From positions 16,913-80,912 of the forward strand of contig JADHWH010000001.1 of the NCBI GenBank assembly GCA_016783555.1: a stretch of 64,000 bases of DNA, read 5' to 3'. Of the stretch, positions 1-9,442 are shown in pieces. Within the stretch, counting starts at the first letter, position 1. Every line of letters begins with the position of its first letter. This DNA is from Candidatus Omnitrophota bacterium (GTDB taxonomy: Bacteria; Omnitrophota; Gorgyraeia; JABMRJ01). The notes beneath the pieces were generated by a model that ran no database searches, was not told the DNA's origin, and saw nothing but the letters and a program-made list of their open reading frames with translations. The translations under genes and the position numbers were made by a program.

Positions 1-58
1 TCAATATAAGACCGATCTCAAAAACGGCAATTGCAAAGATTATGTATAGTAAGATCAT
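1..58 (-). CDS. 5' end of a probable membrane-anchored protein, truncated by the window edge
   Basis: ATG at 58 overlaps the TGA of the 55..585 gene (ATGA coupling); reads MILLYIIFAIAVFEIGLIL, hydrophobic, open to the edge. Confidence 0.45.
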   Translation of the reverse strand, partial: MILLYIIFAIAVFEIGLIL

Positions 59-585
59 CTATTACCCTCGATCATTTTCTGAATAACAGGGAGAGATACA
101 ATTTGAGAAATTAATTCCTCAAAATCATCCCTTTGGGCATCATTATCTATTATAAGATCTGAGCCTTCGGGTTCAGGAAACGGGATATCCACCCCTACGA
201 CATTCTTTATCTTACCCTGAAGGGCATGAATATATAAATTATCACTGTCTCTTCTCTTTACGGTCTCTAATGACGTCTTCAAATAGACCTCTGCATACCC
301 GGGGATATTGGCACGATTCCATCTTCTCCATTCCGGAAAGATAGATAAGACGGCCGCTATGACATGAATATTCTGATCGGATAAGAACTTTGAAAGATGA
401 GAGAGGCGTTCTGCATTCTTGCGCCTTCCCCCAACAGTATGATCTACATCGTGGCCGAAGAGCTCTCTGATAAGATCCCCGTCCAACCGAACAAGATTGG
501 GTATCATCGGCTTCAATCTATCATAAAGGAGTCTTGTCAGAGTCGTCTTTCCTGATTTAGAAAGCCCTATCAACCATATAACCAT
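55..585 (-). CDS. Adenylyl-sulfate kinase (CysC) family; likely cytidine diphosphoramidate kinase (Cj1415-like)
   Basis: P-loop GLSKSGKTT, LDGDxxR, NVVGVDIPFPEP motif; adjacent to Cj1416-1418 homologs. Confidence 0.8.
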   Translation of the reverse strand: MVIWLIGLSKSGKTTLTRLLYDRLKPMIPNLVRLDGDLIRELFGHDVDHTVGGRRKNAERLSHLSKFLSDQNIHVIAAVLSIFPEWRRWNRANIPGYAEVYLKTSLETVKRRDSDNLYIHALQGKIKNVVGVDIPFPEPEGSDLIIDNDAQRDDFEELISQIVSLPVIQKMIEGNR

Positions 586-596
586 GCATCCTCCAT

Positions 597-1340
597 CTAT
601 CTTGCCCCGATTAATAGACCGTCATTATAAAGCTGATTAGCCAACTCAAGGTCCCTTTCCGTATCCACCTCGCACCATCCGCCCTCAATGGGCATACCAT
701 AAATCGGATAGCCTTCTCTAATAAGGCGGTGCAAAAGGGTGGTCATATACATCTTATTTAAAACCTTTCTGCCCGCCTTTTGAGCTAATCTTACTATCCA
801 AGAGAGGGCCTTGGCGCTGAAGCGCATAAGGCCTATATATTGGCCCTCAATATCTTCTATATTATCGACCTTTCGTCCGATATCTTTAATCAATCCATCT
901 TGGTCAATCTTGAAACTCTCGGCGTCTTTTAAAGGGTCTCCGAAGCGCGCCTCCCAAAGTCTCTTCCACTCTAAATCATATACGACGACAGCGTCTCTCT
1001 TCTTTCTTACTAAATTACTCACGATATCTCTGTCGTAGATTATATCTGAGTAGCTTACGATTACCGGCTCATTAAACTCATTCCCAGCGCAGAGAAGACT
1101 CTTTACCATATTGGTCTTCTCCCATTCCGGATTATGCACCGTCCTTATGCCGTATCCCTCCAGCATCTGGGCGCGGTAACCGCTCACCGCTACAATCTCA
1201 TCGACTCCGGAGGACTTTAAGGTCTCTATCTGCCGCTCTAGTATAGATTTTCTACCTATAGAATTTAGACATTTAGGCTTATCCTGCGTGAACTTGCTCA
1301 AACGACTGCCTCGCCCTGCTGCCAAGATAATCGCCTTCAC
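597..1340 (-). CDS. LicC-like NTP transferase; likely CTP:phosphoglutamine cytidylyltransferase (Cj1416-like)
   Basis: KAIILAAGRGSRL...DKPKCL, YSDI, WCEVDT motifs. Start placed at GTG 1340 created by an inserted element; the ORF-track extension to 1376 lies inside that element. Confidence 0.8.
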   Translation of the reverse strand: MKAIILAAGRGSRLSKFTQDKPKCLNSIGRKSILERQIETLKSSGVDEIVAVSGYRAQMLEGYGIRTVHNPEWEKTNMVKSLLCAGNEFNEPVIVSYSDIIYDRDIVSNLVRKKRDAVVVYDLEWKRLWEARFGDPLKDAESFKIDQDGLIKDIGRKVDNIEDIEGQYIGLMRFSAKALSWIVRLAQKAGRKVLNKMYMTTLLHRLIREGYPIYGMPIEGGWCEVDTERDLELANQLYNDGLLIGAR

Positions 1341-1406
1341 CCAGCCCTTCCTTTCTTTTTCAACCCGCCCTTCCATTTCTTCTGCTCTCTCTTAGGAAGG
1401 GCTGGG
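1340..1406. mobile_element. Start-codon-inserted miniature element, family B (TIR CCCAGCCCTTCC), 67 bp
   Basis: 12-bp perfect inverted ends 1340-1351/1395-1406, flanked by direct TTCA at 1336-1339 and 1407-1410. Confidence 0.75.
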
Positions 1407-1410
1407 TTCA

Positions 1411-1436
1411 CCCAGCCCCTGCGCGCAGGGGCTGGG
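1411..1436. mobile_element. Start-codon-inserted miniature element, family B, 26-bp perfect palindrome
   Basis: CCCAGCCCCTGCGCGCAGGGGCTGGG flanked by TTCA at 1407-1410 and 1437-1440. Confidence 0.75.
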
Positions 1437-1437
1437 T

Positions 1438-2160
1438 TCATAATCGCCCCTTATATAAAAGGTTGGCTATAAGCTCTTTATCAAAAGGCCTTGAAGGAGA
1501 TCTCCGTTCCGGATGCCACTGAATACCGACAATAGGCTTTTTGGGATGATAGAACCCTTCGACTACGCCTTTGGGACTCGTGGCGAAGACCTTAAATTGA
1601 TTTGAAACCGATTCCTGAAGAATTCCGTGATTATGGAAACTGTTAACCTTCATCTTGTCCGTCTTTATCAGTCTCTTAAACGGCGTATCTTCTGCTAAAT
1701 CCAGCTTATGGATAGCGCGCACATGATTCTCTTTCCTTGCCTTGCGGATGCCTCTCTTCAGGGTCCCGCCGAATAGAATATTCAATATCTGCATGCCGCG
1801 GCATACGCCCAGGATAGGTAGATTACACCCCAGTGAATATTTGACGATTCGCTCTTCAGTCTTATCGCGCCTCGGGAATTCGCCCCAGTCGCTTCCATTT
1901 GAAAGGATAACGCCGCCTATCTTTAGACCCTTCAACGTATCGATGACCGAATCGGGCTCGTTGACGAGAGGAACTAAGATGGCGTCTGGTAGAATCTCTC
2001 TTATATACTCTTCCCAGTCCTTGCTCAGGGCATCCCTCTCTTCGGAATAACCTTCATTCCGGATAACCCTCATCGTAATTCCTATTCGTTTATTCACCCC
2101 GTTAGACCTCTCCATCATCCTTCGACCCGTTGACCCCTCATGAGGTCTAACGGGGTTCAT
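1438..2160 (-). CDS. Class I glutamine amidotransferase (peptidase C26); likely gamma-glutamyl-CDP-amidate hydrolase (Cj1417-like)
   Basis: GVCRGMQ nucleophile elbow, VNSFH, GIQWHPE, ERDAL motif. First 21 aa come from an in-frame inserted element; alternative start GTG 2097. Confidence 0.85.
   Translation of the reverse strand: MNPVRPHEGSTGRRMMERSNGVNKRIGITMRVIRNEGYSEERDALSKDWEEYIREILPDAILVPLVNEPDSVIDTLKGLKIGGVILSNGSDWGEFPRRDKTEERIVKYSLGCNLPILGVCRGMQILNILFGGTLKRGIRKARKENHVRAIHKLDLAEDTPFKRLIKTDKMKVNSFHNHGILQESVSNQFKVFATSPKGVVEGFYHPKKPIVGIQWHPERRSPSRPFDKELIANLLYKGRL
2097..2155. mobile_element. Start-codon-inserted miniature element, family A (TIR CCCCGTTAGACCTC), 59 bp
   Basis: 14-bp perfect inverted ends; direct TTCA at 2093-2096 and 2156-2159. 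Confidence 0.85.
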
Positions 2161-2163
2161 AAT

Positions 2164-4569
2164 CTACATCTCTATCGGTTCTATTCTTCTTTCGGAACAA
2201 TTAAGTTCAATGGCCCCCGAACGCAGTATATTGTCGAATATCTGCTCGCCGCAGCCTATGGCAGCGGGCAGACCAAATTCAGCGCAGCGGATTGCCATAT
2301 GAGAATTTGCTCCTCCGAATTTAGTAACGAGCCCCGATATGGGGCGCGAAAATATCCAGTCAAAACCAGGATCGGCATTCTCTATCAAAACAATCCGCTC
2401 TTCGATATCCGGCACGTTATCGTCTTTTCCTTCGATAAATACGTAAGGGGCCCTCACTATCTTCTGCGTAATAAAGTTCGGTTTATTCAAGAAGAGCGGA
2501 ACGATCGATATATCTTCAGGTCTCTCTATAATGTACGGCAGGCGTATCGATAACGTAGTTTCGTGGTTCTCCTGCCCGCGCAAAATAAGATCGCGTAAAT
2601 TCTTCTTTAAATCTTCACCCTGCGGCAGCCTGGCGGCATTTAGGATATCTTCTATATCTAAATATGAAAGCTCCTCTCTCTGGAATCCTAACGCCTTGCC
2701 CCATGATGCGATAATCTCAAGGGCGTCGCTTATATTCCTGGTAAATACAAATTTAGCATATTCCCGCGCGCTTATTGCATCTCTTATGTAGCTTAAGAAA
2801 CGTTCGGGGTCGATGTCATATTTGAACTCTTCTAAAAACGATTCTATCTTTTTTAACTTGCTTGATGAGAAGCAAAATTCATTATCGGTATCTAATTCAA
2901 CCGGCGGCCGCAGGGTCTTCTTCAATAGGTCTTCATGCTGATCGTATCTTTTGGATAAGATATTATATGTCCCCGGCCGGAGGTGGCCGTATCTTGACAT
3001 AAAGGACCGCATATCTATCTTCTTCTTTACTAAATTATCTATATCAAACACCAGACTGCTTGCAACCGTCTTTATAGACCTTTCAAAGCGCGCCGCTTCC
3101 GAAACGTCAAGGACTCCGCGCCTGATTAAAGAGCGCATAAAACTCTTTGCTATAAATGCGTGTCTCGCCAATTTGGCAAACGGGATCGTTCCCAGCTTTA
3201 TGCAATCATCGAGCAGGCTTCTGACGCATGCCAAGGCGGCCCTATCATCACGTTTGAGCAAACCATCCCTTCTCACTCGAAGCTCTTCAATCTTCTTCAA
3301 CTCGCCGCTTAAAGAGGCGGCCTTTCCGGTTAGGAGATTATTCGTAAGATTAAATAGGGCCTTTCTGAAAGCCCTCTTTTCATCATGGGTCAATACATTA
3401 GGAATCTGTTCATCCACAGAACTATCGAAATCGAACGCTAAGGCGGTTATGGCTACGTCAAATTCTATTTTATCGTGGAGCGATTTATTACTCGACAGGC
3501 GCTCCAACCAGCTATCCACTAACTTGTCGCAGATATCCGGACGCAGGCCTTCGGGCAAAAAGGAATTAAGGCTCAGGCGCACATCAATATATGGCTTGCC
3601 GGATAAAGAGACCATAAGAGATATCTCTTTGGGTTCGTTATACCCCATCTCTCTCCTTGCCTGGCGCCATGCGTAATCCGTAATAAGATAACGGTAGAGA
3701 GAAAGGGCGAGCGGCCGCGGAGAAGTCCCTATCATCTCGGCGGGGTTCCAATCCGGCATCTTACCTAAGATGGTCCTCTTGCCGTAGAGGGTCTCTTCTT
3801 TTTTATTGTAATCGTTAAAAAACGACTTCATAGATTTAATTGCATTATCGACCTTGATCTTAACTCCGGTCTTCCAGTTAGGCTGCGTGGCTATCTTCCG
3901 CACTTGAAATATATGAACTGTATTCTTTTCATCCACGGCAAATTCTATATCGAGCGAATCGCTTCCAGTTATCTTCTCTATCTCCTGAACCGATCCAAGC
4001 AATGCCTTAAAACGTTCTGACCTTAGGTCGCTTGCTGCATCACGATGGACGAGTAGAGTCCTATTGCTATTCTCTCTTCCTGCAGTCACTGTATCGGTAC
4101 GCCCTGTCTGATCATCATATGTTATAACGTAATACGGCGCTCCGGTGTTTAAATCCTGGGTAAAGAGAACGCCGCTCATCGAGACCTTATCGACCATCAG
4201 TTGAATCAATACATGATTTGCCGTATTATCGGCGTAAAAGGGCTCTCTATTATAACTATGGATGACGCGGTCTATTCCTTTACAAAGTATATCCCTCTCA
4301 TATGCAAATACATCCGGAACCGAATCATGAAAACCCGCCATAGATGAGACCTCGGTGTCTTCGCAGGCAGCGCTGGAACGTATGATAATCTTCTCTCTGC
4401 CAAAAAGGGAACTTGTCTCATCCAAAATAGCCTCGGCGTACGCCTGCCACCTATCTACATTAAAGTAATAAAATTTCGGAATAGACGATAATGAAAGCAG
4501 CGGCGCTAGGAACTCAAGCGTCTCTGCCTTTGTACCAAATTTAAATTCTCTTTCGTTTAAGGCCTTCAT
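2164..4569 (-). CDS. PEP-utilising/PPDK-like enzyme; likely L-glutamine kinase (Cj1418-like)
   Basis: GTKAETL, IRSS...ED, MPDWNPAEMIG, YGHLRPGTY, ADPGFDW, GGANSHMAIRCAE phospho-His domain. Confidence 0.88.
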   Translation of the reverse strand: MKALNEREFKFGTKAETLEFLAPLLSLSSIPKFYYFNVDRWQAYAEAILDETSSLFGREKIIIRSSAACEDTEVSSMAGFHDSVPDVFAYERDILCKGIDRVIHSYNREPFYADNTANHVLIQLMVDKVSMSGVLFTQDLNTGAPYYVITYDDQTGRTDTVTAGRENSNRTLLVHRDAASDLRSERFKALLGSVQEIEKITGSDSLDIEFAVDEKNTVHIFQVRKIATQPNWKTGVKIKVDNAIKSMKSFFNDYNKKEETLYGKRTILGKMPDWNPAEMIGTSPRPLALSLYRYLITDYAWRQARREMGYNEPKEISLMVSLSGKPYIDVRLSLNSFLPEGLRPDICDKLVDSWLERLSSNKSLHDKIEFDVAITALAFDFDSSVDEQIPNVLTHDEKRAFRKALFNLTNNLLTGKAASLSGELKKIEELRVRRDGLLKRDDRAALACVRSLLDDCIKLGTIPFAKLARHAFIAKSFMRSLIRRGVLDVSEAARFERSIKTVASSLVFDIDNLVKKKIDMRSFMSRYGHLRPGTYNILSKRYDQHEDLLKKTLRPPVELDTDNEFCFSSSKLKKIESFLEEFKYDIDPERFLSYIRDAISAREYAKFVFTRNISDALEIIASWGKALGFQREELSYLDIEDILNAARLPQGEDLKKNLRDLILRGQENHETTLSIRLPYIIERPEDISIVPLFLNKPNFITQKIVRAPYVFIEGKDDNVPDIEERIVLIENADPGFDWIFSRPISGLVTKFGGANSHMAIRCAEFGLPAAIGCGEQIFDNILRSGAIELNCSERRIEPIEM

Positions 4570-4575
4570 ATTATT

Positions 4576-5304
4576 TCAGCATATCTTTCGGCGTTGGTCC
4601 TTTCTCATTAAAAATTCTGCAAATTTAAAATCGGTTTCGTCATCTATATCAATAGACCTTTCTTTAGGCATTACATATATAGCCGTCTTTTTGGATATAA
4701 TCGTATTTTCGCCGAATAGCGCCTCTCTTCTGGTTGCATATATAGCGCCGTTCGGCACATAGATATCCTCTAGATACCTCCTCAGCGTCCTCTTGCCTCT
4801 CAATGTACCGGAAAAACATAACTCGGCCCTTCTATCTTTCTTCAGTCTAAACATCCATTCTGGCGGCACCTCTGTCGCTTTTGCCGAAAAGGCTGATTGA
4901 ATGCCCTTATCCCTTATCAACATCTCTATGCATCTATCGATATCTTCAGAGTTTGCCAGCGGGGAAGTCGGCTGAAGCGTAACGGCTATATCTATCCTCC
5001 TCTTCTCTCTTGACTCGAGGAATCTCACTGCATGTTGAATAACCAGCGTGGAAGAACAACTGCCCGATATCTCCTTAGGGCGTTTAAAGGGGACCTCTGC
5101 GCCATATCTTAATGAGACCTTTTTTATCTCTGGATGGTCTGTTGAAATTATTATCCTTCTTAAGTACCTACTCATCTGTGCGGCTTTTATAACATAAGCT
5201 ATGAGAGGCCTTCCGTTCAAACCCTTAAGATTCTTTAAAGGTACTCTCTTAGAACCGCCTCTCGCGGATATTATGCCTATAATATTATAAGTATTTTTCA
5301 CCAT
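4576..5304 (-). CDS. neuA: CMP-nonulosonate synthetase (NeuA/PseF/LegF family)
   Basis: ARGGSKRVPLKN, LQPTSP, PNGAIY, SIDIDD. Confidence 0.88.
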   Translation of the reverse strand: MVKNTYNIIGIISARGGSKRVPLKNLKGLNGRPLIAYVIKAAQMSRYLRRIIISTDHPEIKKVSLRYGAEVPFKRPKEISGSCSSTLVIQHAVRFLESREKRRIDIAVTLQPTSPLANSEDIDRCIEMLIRDKGIQSAFSAKATEVPPEWMFRLKKDRRAELCFSGTLRGKRTLRRYLEDIYVPNGAIYATRREALFGENTIISKKTAIYVMPKERSIDIDDETDFKFAEFLMRKDQRRKIC

Positions 5305-5310
5305 CTCTCC

Positions 5311-6789
5311 TTATCTTTTATGCAGGCTTTCTATTAAAGACGGATATAATATATCTGCCTCTCTCTCTTTAGAACCTATCTCTTTCTGATCAAAATCTAC
5401 CGACGAAGCTTTTATTGCGGCAAGAAACCTTAAGCCCTCTTGCGTACGTCTATTTTTGGCCTCCGCTCTACCATCCCCTGCACACAATCTGTGTAAAAGC
5501 GGGCGCAATTCTCTCCATGAACTGACCACATGCACATGGGGAAGAAAATTAAAGACATTATGGGCGCCGAATGAGATAACCGGTATGCCCGATATAGCGG
5601 CCTCTACGCCTAAGGTACTTGTGATTACCGCGACGCCGCGTGATGACTTTGCTATTCTCAGGGCATTCTCTAAGGGCGACACCATAACTACATTAGGTAT
5701 ATCCTGAATAGTCTTGTAAAAATCCCCCGGTCTTCTTCCAATGGCCAGGAGATGTTCTTTGACAGCGAGTAACGCGCCGGCAGGAAGGTTCTTGGCCATA
5801 AATTCTATGGCTGCCAGCTGCTCATTGAACTCGGGACTAAATGTACCTACGGCCATCTCCGGTTCCGTATGCAATGGATAGAAGATATACGGTTTGTCAG
5901 ATAGCTCATCTAAGCTTGCGGTCTTTAAGTTCTTCATAACCTTAGATCCTTTATGGGCCCTGTAGAGATACTTTATATTCTCAGATAACCGATAGCCGCC
6001 CATGCTGACGACCTTCTTATATCTCTTATACAGGTATGATCTTATCTGGAGTATTATTTCTTTCAACAATGTAACCTTGGAAGACTTCTTTAAAAACCTT
6101 TGGTAAACACCCTTGATATACGACTCCTCTATCGGACCATTGAGGTCCTCTTCGTCGACGAATTCATCTATATTTTTAATATCCGCGAAATTCTTCTTTA
6201 CCTCTGGGGAGGAATAGTATTCATCGACAACCCAATAATGGCGCGATCTGTATTTAGCGCCGTTAAATATGCGCACGGGGATGCTTCTATGCCTTGCAAC
6301 GGCCATAAATATCTTGCCTATTATTCCTACCTGCAAACCTATCACTAAGTCGGGTTTAGTCTTATCCAGATAATCCTCCCAAAATTTAAATATCTTGTTG
6401 AATATATTTACCGATTTTATATAGCTTGCCTTATCGCTTAAATGCGACCTTGGGTGGCCTGTTCCAGCGGCGGAAAAACCACGCCCTAAGTGCCTATCGG
6501 TCTGGAGGGCATCGACTGCATATACGTTATACCTATCCTCGTAATATCGAGCCTTATCATAAATATCTTGAGCCGCTTCCTGGCATCTGTCATACTCGTT
6601 GAAAAAATGGTTTATTGTCACATATGTATCTATCACACCTTCACGATCTAGGCCTCTCCAATATTCCACGCTCTGGGGGCTGCTGCATATAAAATGGATC
6701 TTAACATTCTCTCTCGCCTTAAGCTCTTTTAAAAATGGTATATGGAGCCAATAATATACCGCAAATCCCCATACAACTACGTTTTCCAC
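5311..6789 (-). CDS. Capsule polysaccharide biosynthesis protein (KpsS/KpsC-like GT-B); candidate nonulosonate transferase
   Basis: YPLHTEPE, VKEH, TSTLGVEAA...PVI motifs; start GTG 6789 regenerated by an inserted element (ancestral MENVVV). Confidence 0.65.
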   Translation of the reverse strand: MENVVVWGFAVYYWLHIPFLKELKARENVKIHFICSSPQSVEYWRGLDREGVIDTYVTINHFFNEYDRCQEAAQDIYDKARYYEDRYNVYAVDALQTDRHLGRGFSAAGTGHPRSHLSDKASYIKSVNIFNKIFKFWEDYLDKTKPDLVIGLQVGIIGKIFMAVARHRSIPVRIFNGAKYRSRHYWVVDEYYSSPEVKKNFADIKNIDEFVDEEDLNGPIEESYIKGVYQRFLKKSSKVTLLKEIILQIRSYLYKRYKKVVSMGGYRLSENIKYLYRAHKGSKVMKNLKTASLDELSDKPYIFYPLHTEPEMAVGTFSPEFNEQLAAIEFMAKNLPAGALLAVKEHLLAIGRRPGDFYKTIQDIPNVVMVSPLENALRIAKSSRGVAVITSTLGVEAAISGIPVISFGAHNVFNFLPHVHVVSSWRELRPLLHRLCAGDGRAEAKNRRTQEGLRFLAAIKASSVDFDQKEIGSKEREADILYPSLIESLHKR

Positions 6790-6837
6790 CCCGTTAGACC
6801 TCCTCACCCCATTGACCTCTCATGAGGTCTAACGGGG
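6789..6837. mobile_element. Start-codon-inserted miniature element, family A, 49 bp
   Basis: 14-bp perfect TIR; direct TCCA at 6785-6788 and 6838-6841. Confidence 0.85.
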
Positions 6838-6850
6838 TCCATTATCGCCT

Positions 6851-7807
6851 CTAATGCTTATGATTTGCCGTGCACGGTTCACACAGGGTCTTAGAAAAAT
6901 TAAGCCTCTTATGCCTCTCTCTTAATGCGTTTAGCTCCTTTGACTGCCAAAGTTCCTTTAATGACCTATCCCGTATATTCCCTATAACCAAAACGCCGTT
7001 ATAATCCTGACAACAGACAGTTACATCGCCGTTCCAGAAGACCGACAGGCGCAGCCATAATTGGGGGCATGGTCTCTTGGAAAGCTTCTTATAATCTACC
7101 ATCGATTCCTTAAGTATCTCGGGATTCCCGTCTACAGATGTGATATTAGTCACTGAGATAAAATCTACGGCGTCTTTGAACTTATCCACAAAGAGAGGGA
7201 TATCATTACAGTTACTCTTCATGCGAATGAATTGGAGCGTAAGCAGGGGTTTCTTGCCAATGGGTTTTATCTTGATAAAGTCTTCTATATTCTTTATGGT
7301 AGTCTCAAATTTCGCGCCTCTTCTTTTGTTCTCATAATCGTCTTTAACCATGCTCTCTACCGAAAATGTAATCCTATCGAGGCCGCACTCAACAAGCCTG
7401 CGGGCATTCTCCTCTGTCACAAGTGTTGCGTTTGTATTAAATTGGGTATGGATTCGATTTTTTTTGGCGTATCTTACCATATTAAAGATCTCTTTATGGA
7501 GTATCGATTCGCCCCATAGGTTCAATTTTACGGAGGTTATTCGATATTCGGCGCATTGGTCGATTATCCTACAAAAGAGGCCGTAGTCCATATATCCTAT
7601 TTTGCGGGTCATCATATTCCTCTCGCACATGGAGCACTTTAGGTTGCAGGCGTTGGTCACTTCTATGTCCACATGAAGGGGGGCCTCGGTTAGATAGAGA
7701 CTTCTGGCGCATGAGTCCCACATCTTGCGGAATTCCTTATACTCTCTATCCGCAATTTCAGTATTCGAGCTGACAACCTGAAAATAGTCGCTAATTTCTC
7801 TTTTCAT
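6851..7807 (-). CDS. Radical SAM protein with SPASM/twitch domain
   Basis: CNLKCSMC triad; C-terminal CPQLW...GDVTVCCQD...CEPC. Confidence 0.88.
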   Translation of the reverse strand: MKREISDYFQVVSSNTEIADREYKEFRKMWDSCARSLYLTEAPLHVDIEVTNACNLKCSMCERNMMTRKIGYMDYGLFCRIIDQCAEYRITSVKLNLWGESILHKEIFNMVRYAKKNRIHTQFNTNATLVTEENARRLVECGLDRITFSVESMVKDDYENKRRGAKFETTIKNIEDFIKIKPIGKKPLLTLQFIRMKSNCNDIPLFVDKFKDAVDFISVTNITSVDGNPEILKESMVDYKKLSKRPCPQLWLRLSVFWNGDVTVCCQDYNGVLVIGNIRDRSLKELWQSKELNALRERHKRLNFSKTLCEPCTANHKH

Positions 7808-7808
7808 A

Positions 7809-8870
7809 TTATATTAATTTGTCTGTATACTTCTTATATTCTTCCCATTGGCCTATATCTACGTAGGACCTCTGGCTTACGGGATAGACCCCGACATTCT
7901 CCTTCTTCTCAAGGAGCACGTTTATAAAATCCGTCATATCAAAATGTTTCTCCTCGGGCATGTGGCTAATCGCGTCTTTTGATAAGACGTACGCTCCGGT
8001 ATTCACCGTAAAGTCGAATTCCGGTTTTTCATGAATTTGGCTTATCTTTCCCTCTTCTTTATAATGTATAATCCCGTAAGGCATCTTATGGTGCTGTATC
8101 GAGCCCACAACCGTCAATAGATTATTGTTCTTTTTGTGGAACTTCACAAGGTCGGCGTAATCGGCGTCCACTATGATATCGCAATTCGACACTATAAAAG
8201 TATCTTTGATGGTCTGCGGTAGAAGCTTGAGGCTTCCGGCCGTGCCTAAAAACTCCTCTTCCCAGGTGTATTCTATCGTGTAATCTTTTTCTATACTGTC
8301 GAAGTAGTTCTTTACCATCTCTCCTTTGTAATTCAGCGTGACATAGAAACGCTCTACCCCCTGGCGCCTGAATTTTTCTATTATTATCTCTATAATAGGT
8401 TTCTCGCCGATCGGTATAAGGGGCTTCGGCAGTATCTTTGTAAACGGATCGAGCCTATCGCCCTTGCCGCCCGCCATTATCACCACGGGCACGTCTGTCT
8501 TTGTGTAATATGAGTTTTCTTTGCCGAAGATGTCGCTGTAAAAAAAGACCTCAAGGATATTCTTCTTTTTATCGACAACAGGTATTATATCGATAGATTT
8601 CTCAAGCATAATCCTCTTTGCCTCTTCGGTATTGTTGTTGCCATCCAGGATAAAGATAGGCGTGCGGTTAAAGCATGTCGTGATCTTCTCCTTGAGATCG
8701 CCCGTCTTTAACACTCTTCTCCTGATATCACCGTCTGTAAGCGAACCCAATAATGAACCGTCGCCATTACAGATAAATAGTATCCTTCGCCCCGTTTCAT
8801 CAATTAATTTGAGCGCCTCTTTTATCGACAGGTCTTCTTTTACTTTAATCTTTGATATAATATCTTTCAT
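7809..8870 (-). CDS. CBS-domain nucleotidyltransferase (PtmE-like, legionaminic pathway)
   Basis: N-terminal CBS pair (TDGDIRR) plus MAGGKGDRL..T..LPKPL NTP transferase. Confidence 0.85.
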   Translation of the reverse strand: MKDIISKIKVKEDLSIKEALKLIDETGRRILFICNGDGSLLGSLTDGDIRRRVLKTGDLKEKITTCFNRTPIFILDGNNNTEEAKRIMLEKSIDIIPVVDKKKNILEVFFYSDIFGKENSYYTKTDVPVVIMAGGKGDRLDPFTKILPKPLIPIGEKPIIEIIIEKFRRQGVERFYVTLNYKGEMVKNYFDSIEKDYTIEYTWEEEFLGTAGSLKLLPQTIKDTFIVSNCDIIVDADYADLVKFHKKNNNLLTVVGSIQHHKMPYGIIHYKEEGKISQIHEKPEFDFTVNTGAYVLSKDAISHMPEEKHFDMTDFINVLLEKKENVGVYPVSQRSYVDIGQWEEYKKYTDKLI

Positions 8871-9430
8871 CTTCTCTTATATTCCTCCTTTAACATGGCC
8901 ATCCTTATGGAGCTGAAATATCTCCCTTCTCTATATATCTCATCTTTAAGTTCGCCCTCTCTTATGAATCCCATCTTCTCATAAAATCTTACGGCCTTTG
9001 TATTAGGCGCCGCCACCCCAAGCCAGACTTTATTTAGATTTAAGACACCAAAGGCGAACCTTAACATAAATTCCGTTGCCTCTTCCGCAAGGCCTTTACC
9101 CCAAAATGCCTTCTCGCCGATATGTATAGTATATTCGGCAGAGCGTATCTGCCAGCTTAAGTGGTGCAGGCCTATAATACCTATGGATTTTTCTGTCTCC
9201 CTATCTACGATCGCAAAGATGACATTATCTTTTTTGCTTAAATCCTCATACAGCCTCTCCATAGCCTCTCTTGTTGTCGGTCTTATACCGTGGCTCAGAT
9301 ACTTATTAAACTCCGGGTCGTTGGCCCATTTATGCATCCTCTCGGTGTAGTCTTCTCTCTCTATCGGGCGCAAGGTTATCTTATCTCCTCTGTAAAAATA
9401 GGGCGTTATATTCTTATCTCTGTCTGACAT
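8867..9430 (-). CDS. GNAT N-acetyltransferase (RimJ/RimL type)
   Basis: LRPIE, IGEKAFWGKG, N..A.RFYEKMGF..EG. Confidence 0.85.
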   Translation of the reverse strand: MSDRDKNITPYFYRGDKITLRPIEREDYTERMHKWANDPEFNKYLSHGIRPTTREAMERLYEDLSKKDNVIFAIVDRETEKSIGIIGLHHLSWQIRSAEYTIHIGEKAFWGKGLAEEATEFMLRFAFGVLNLNKVWLGVAAPNTKAVRFYEKMGFIREGELKDEIYREGRYFSSIRMAMLKEEYKRR

Positions 9431-9442
9431 TCTATACCTCCC

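Noticed and set aside
55-585. Sulfate-assimilation cysC
   Set aside because: No cysD/cysN/sat nearby; context matches the phosphoramidate pathway
8867-8870. Element remnants at other ATGAA starts (4569, 7807, 8870, 28463, 31455, 32601, 58017)
   Set aside because: No inverted repeat or duplication is visible; these are empty potential targets
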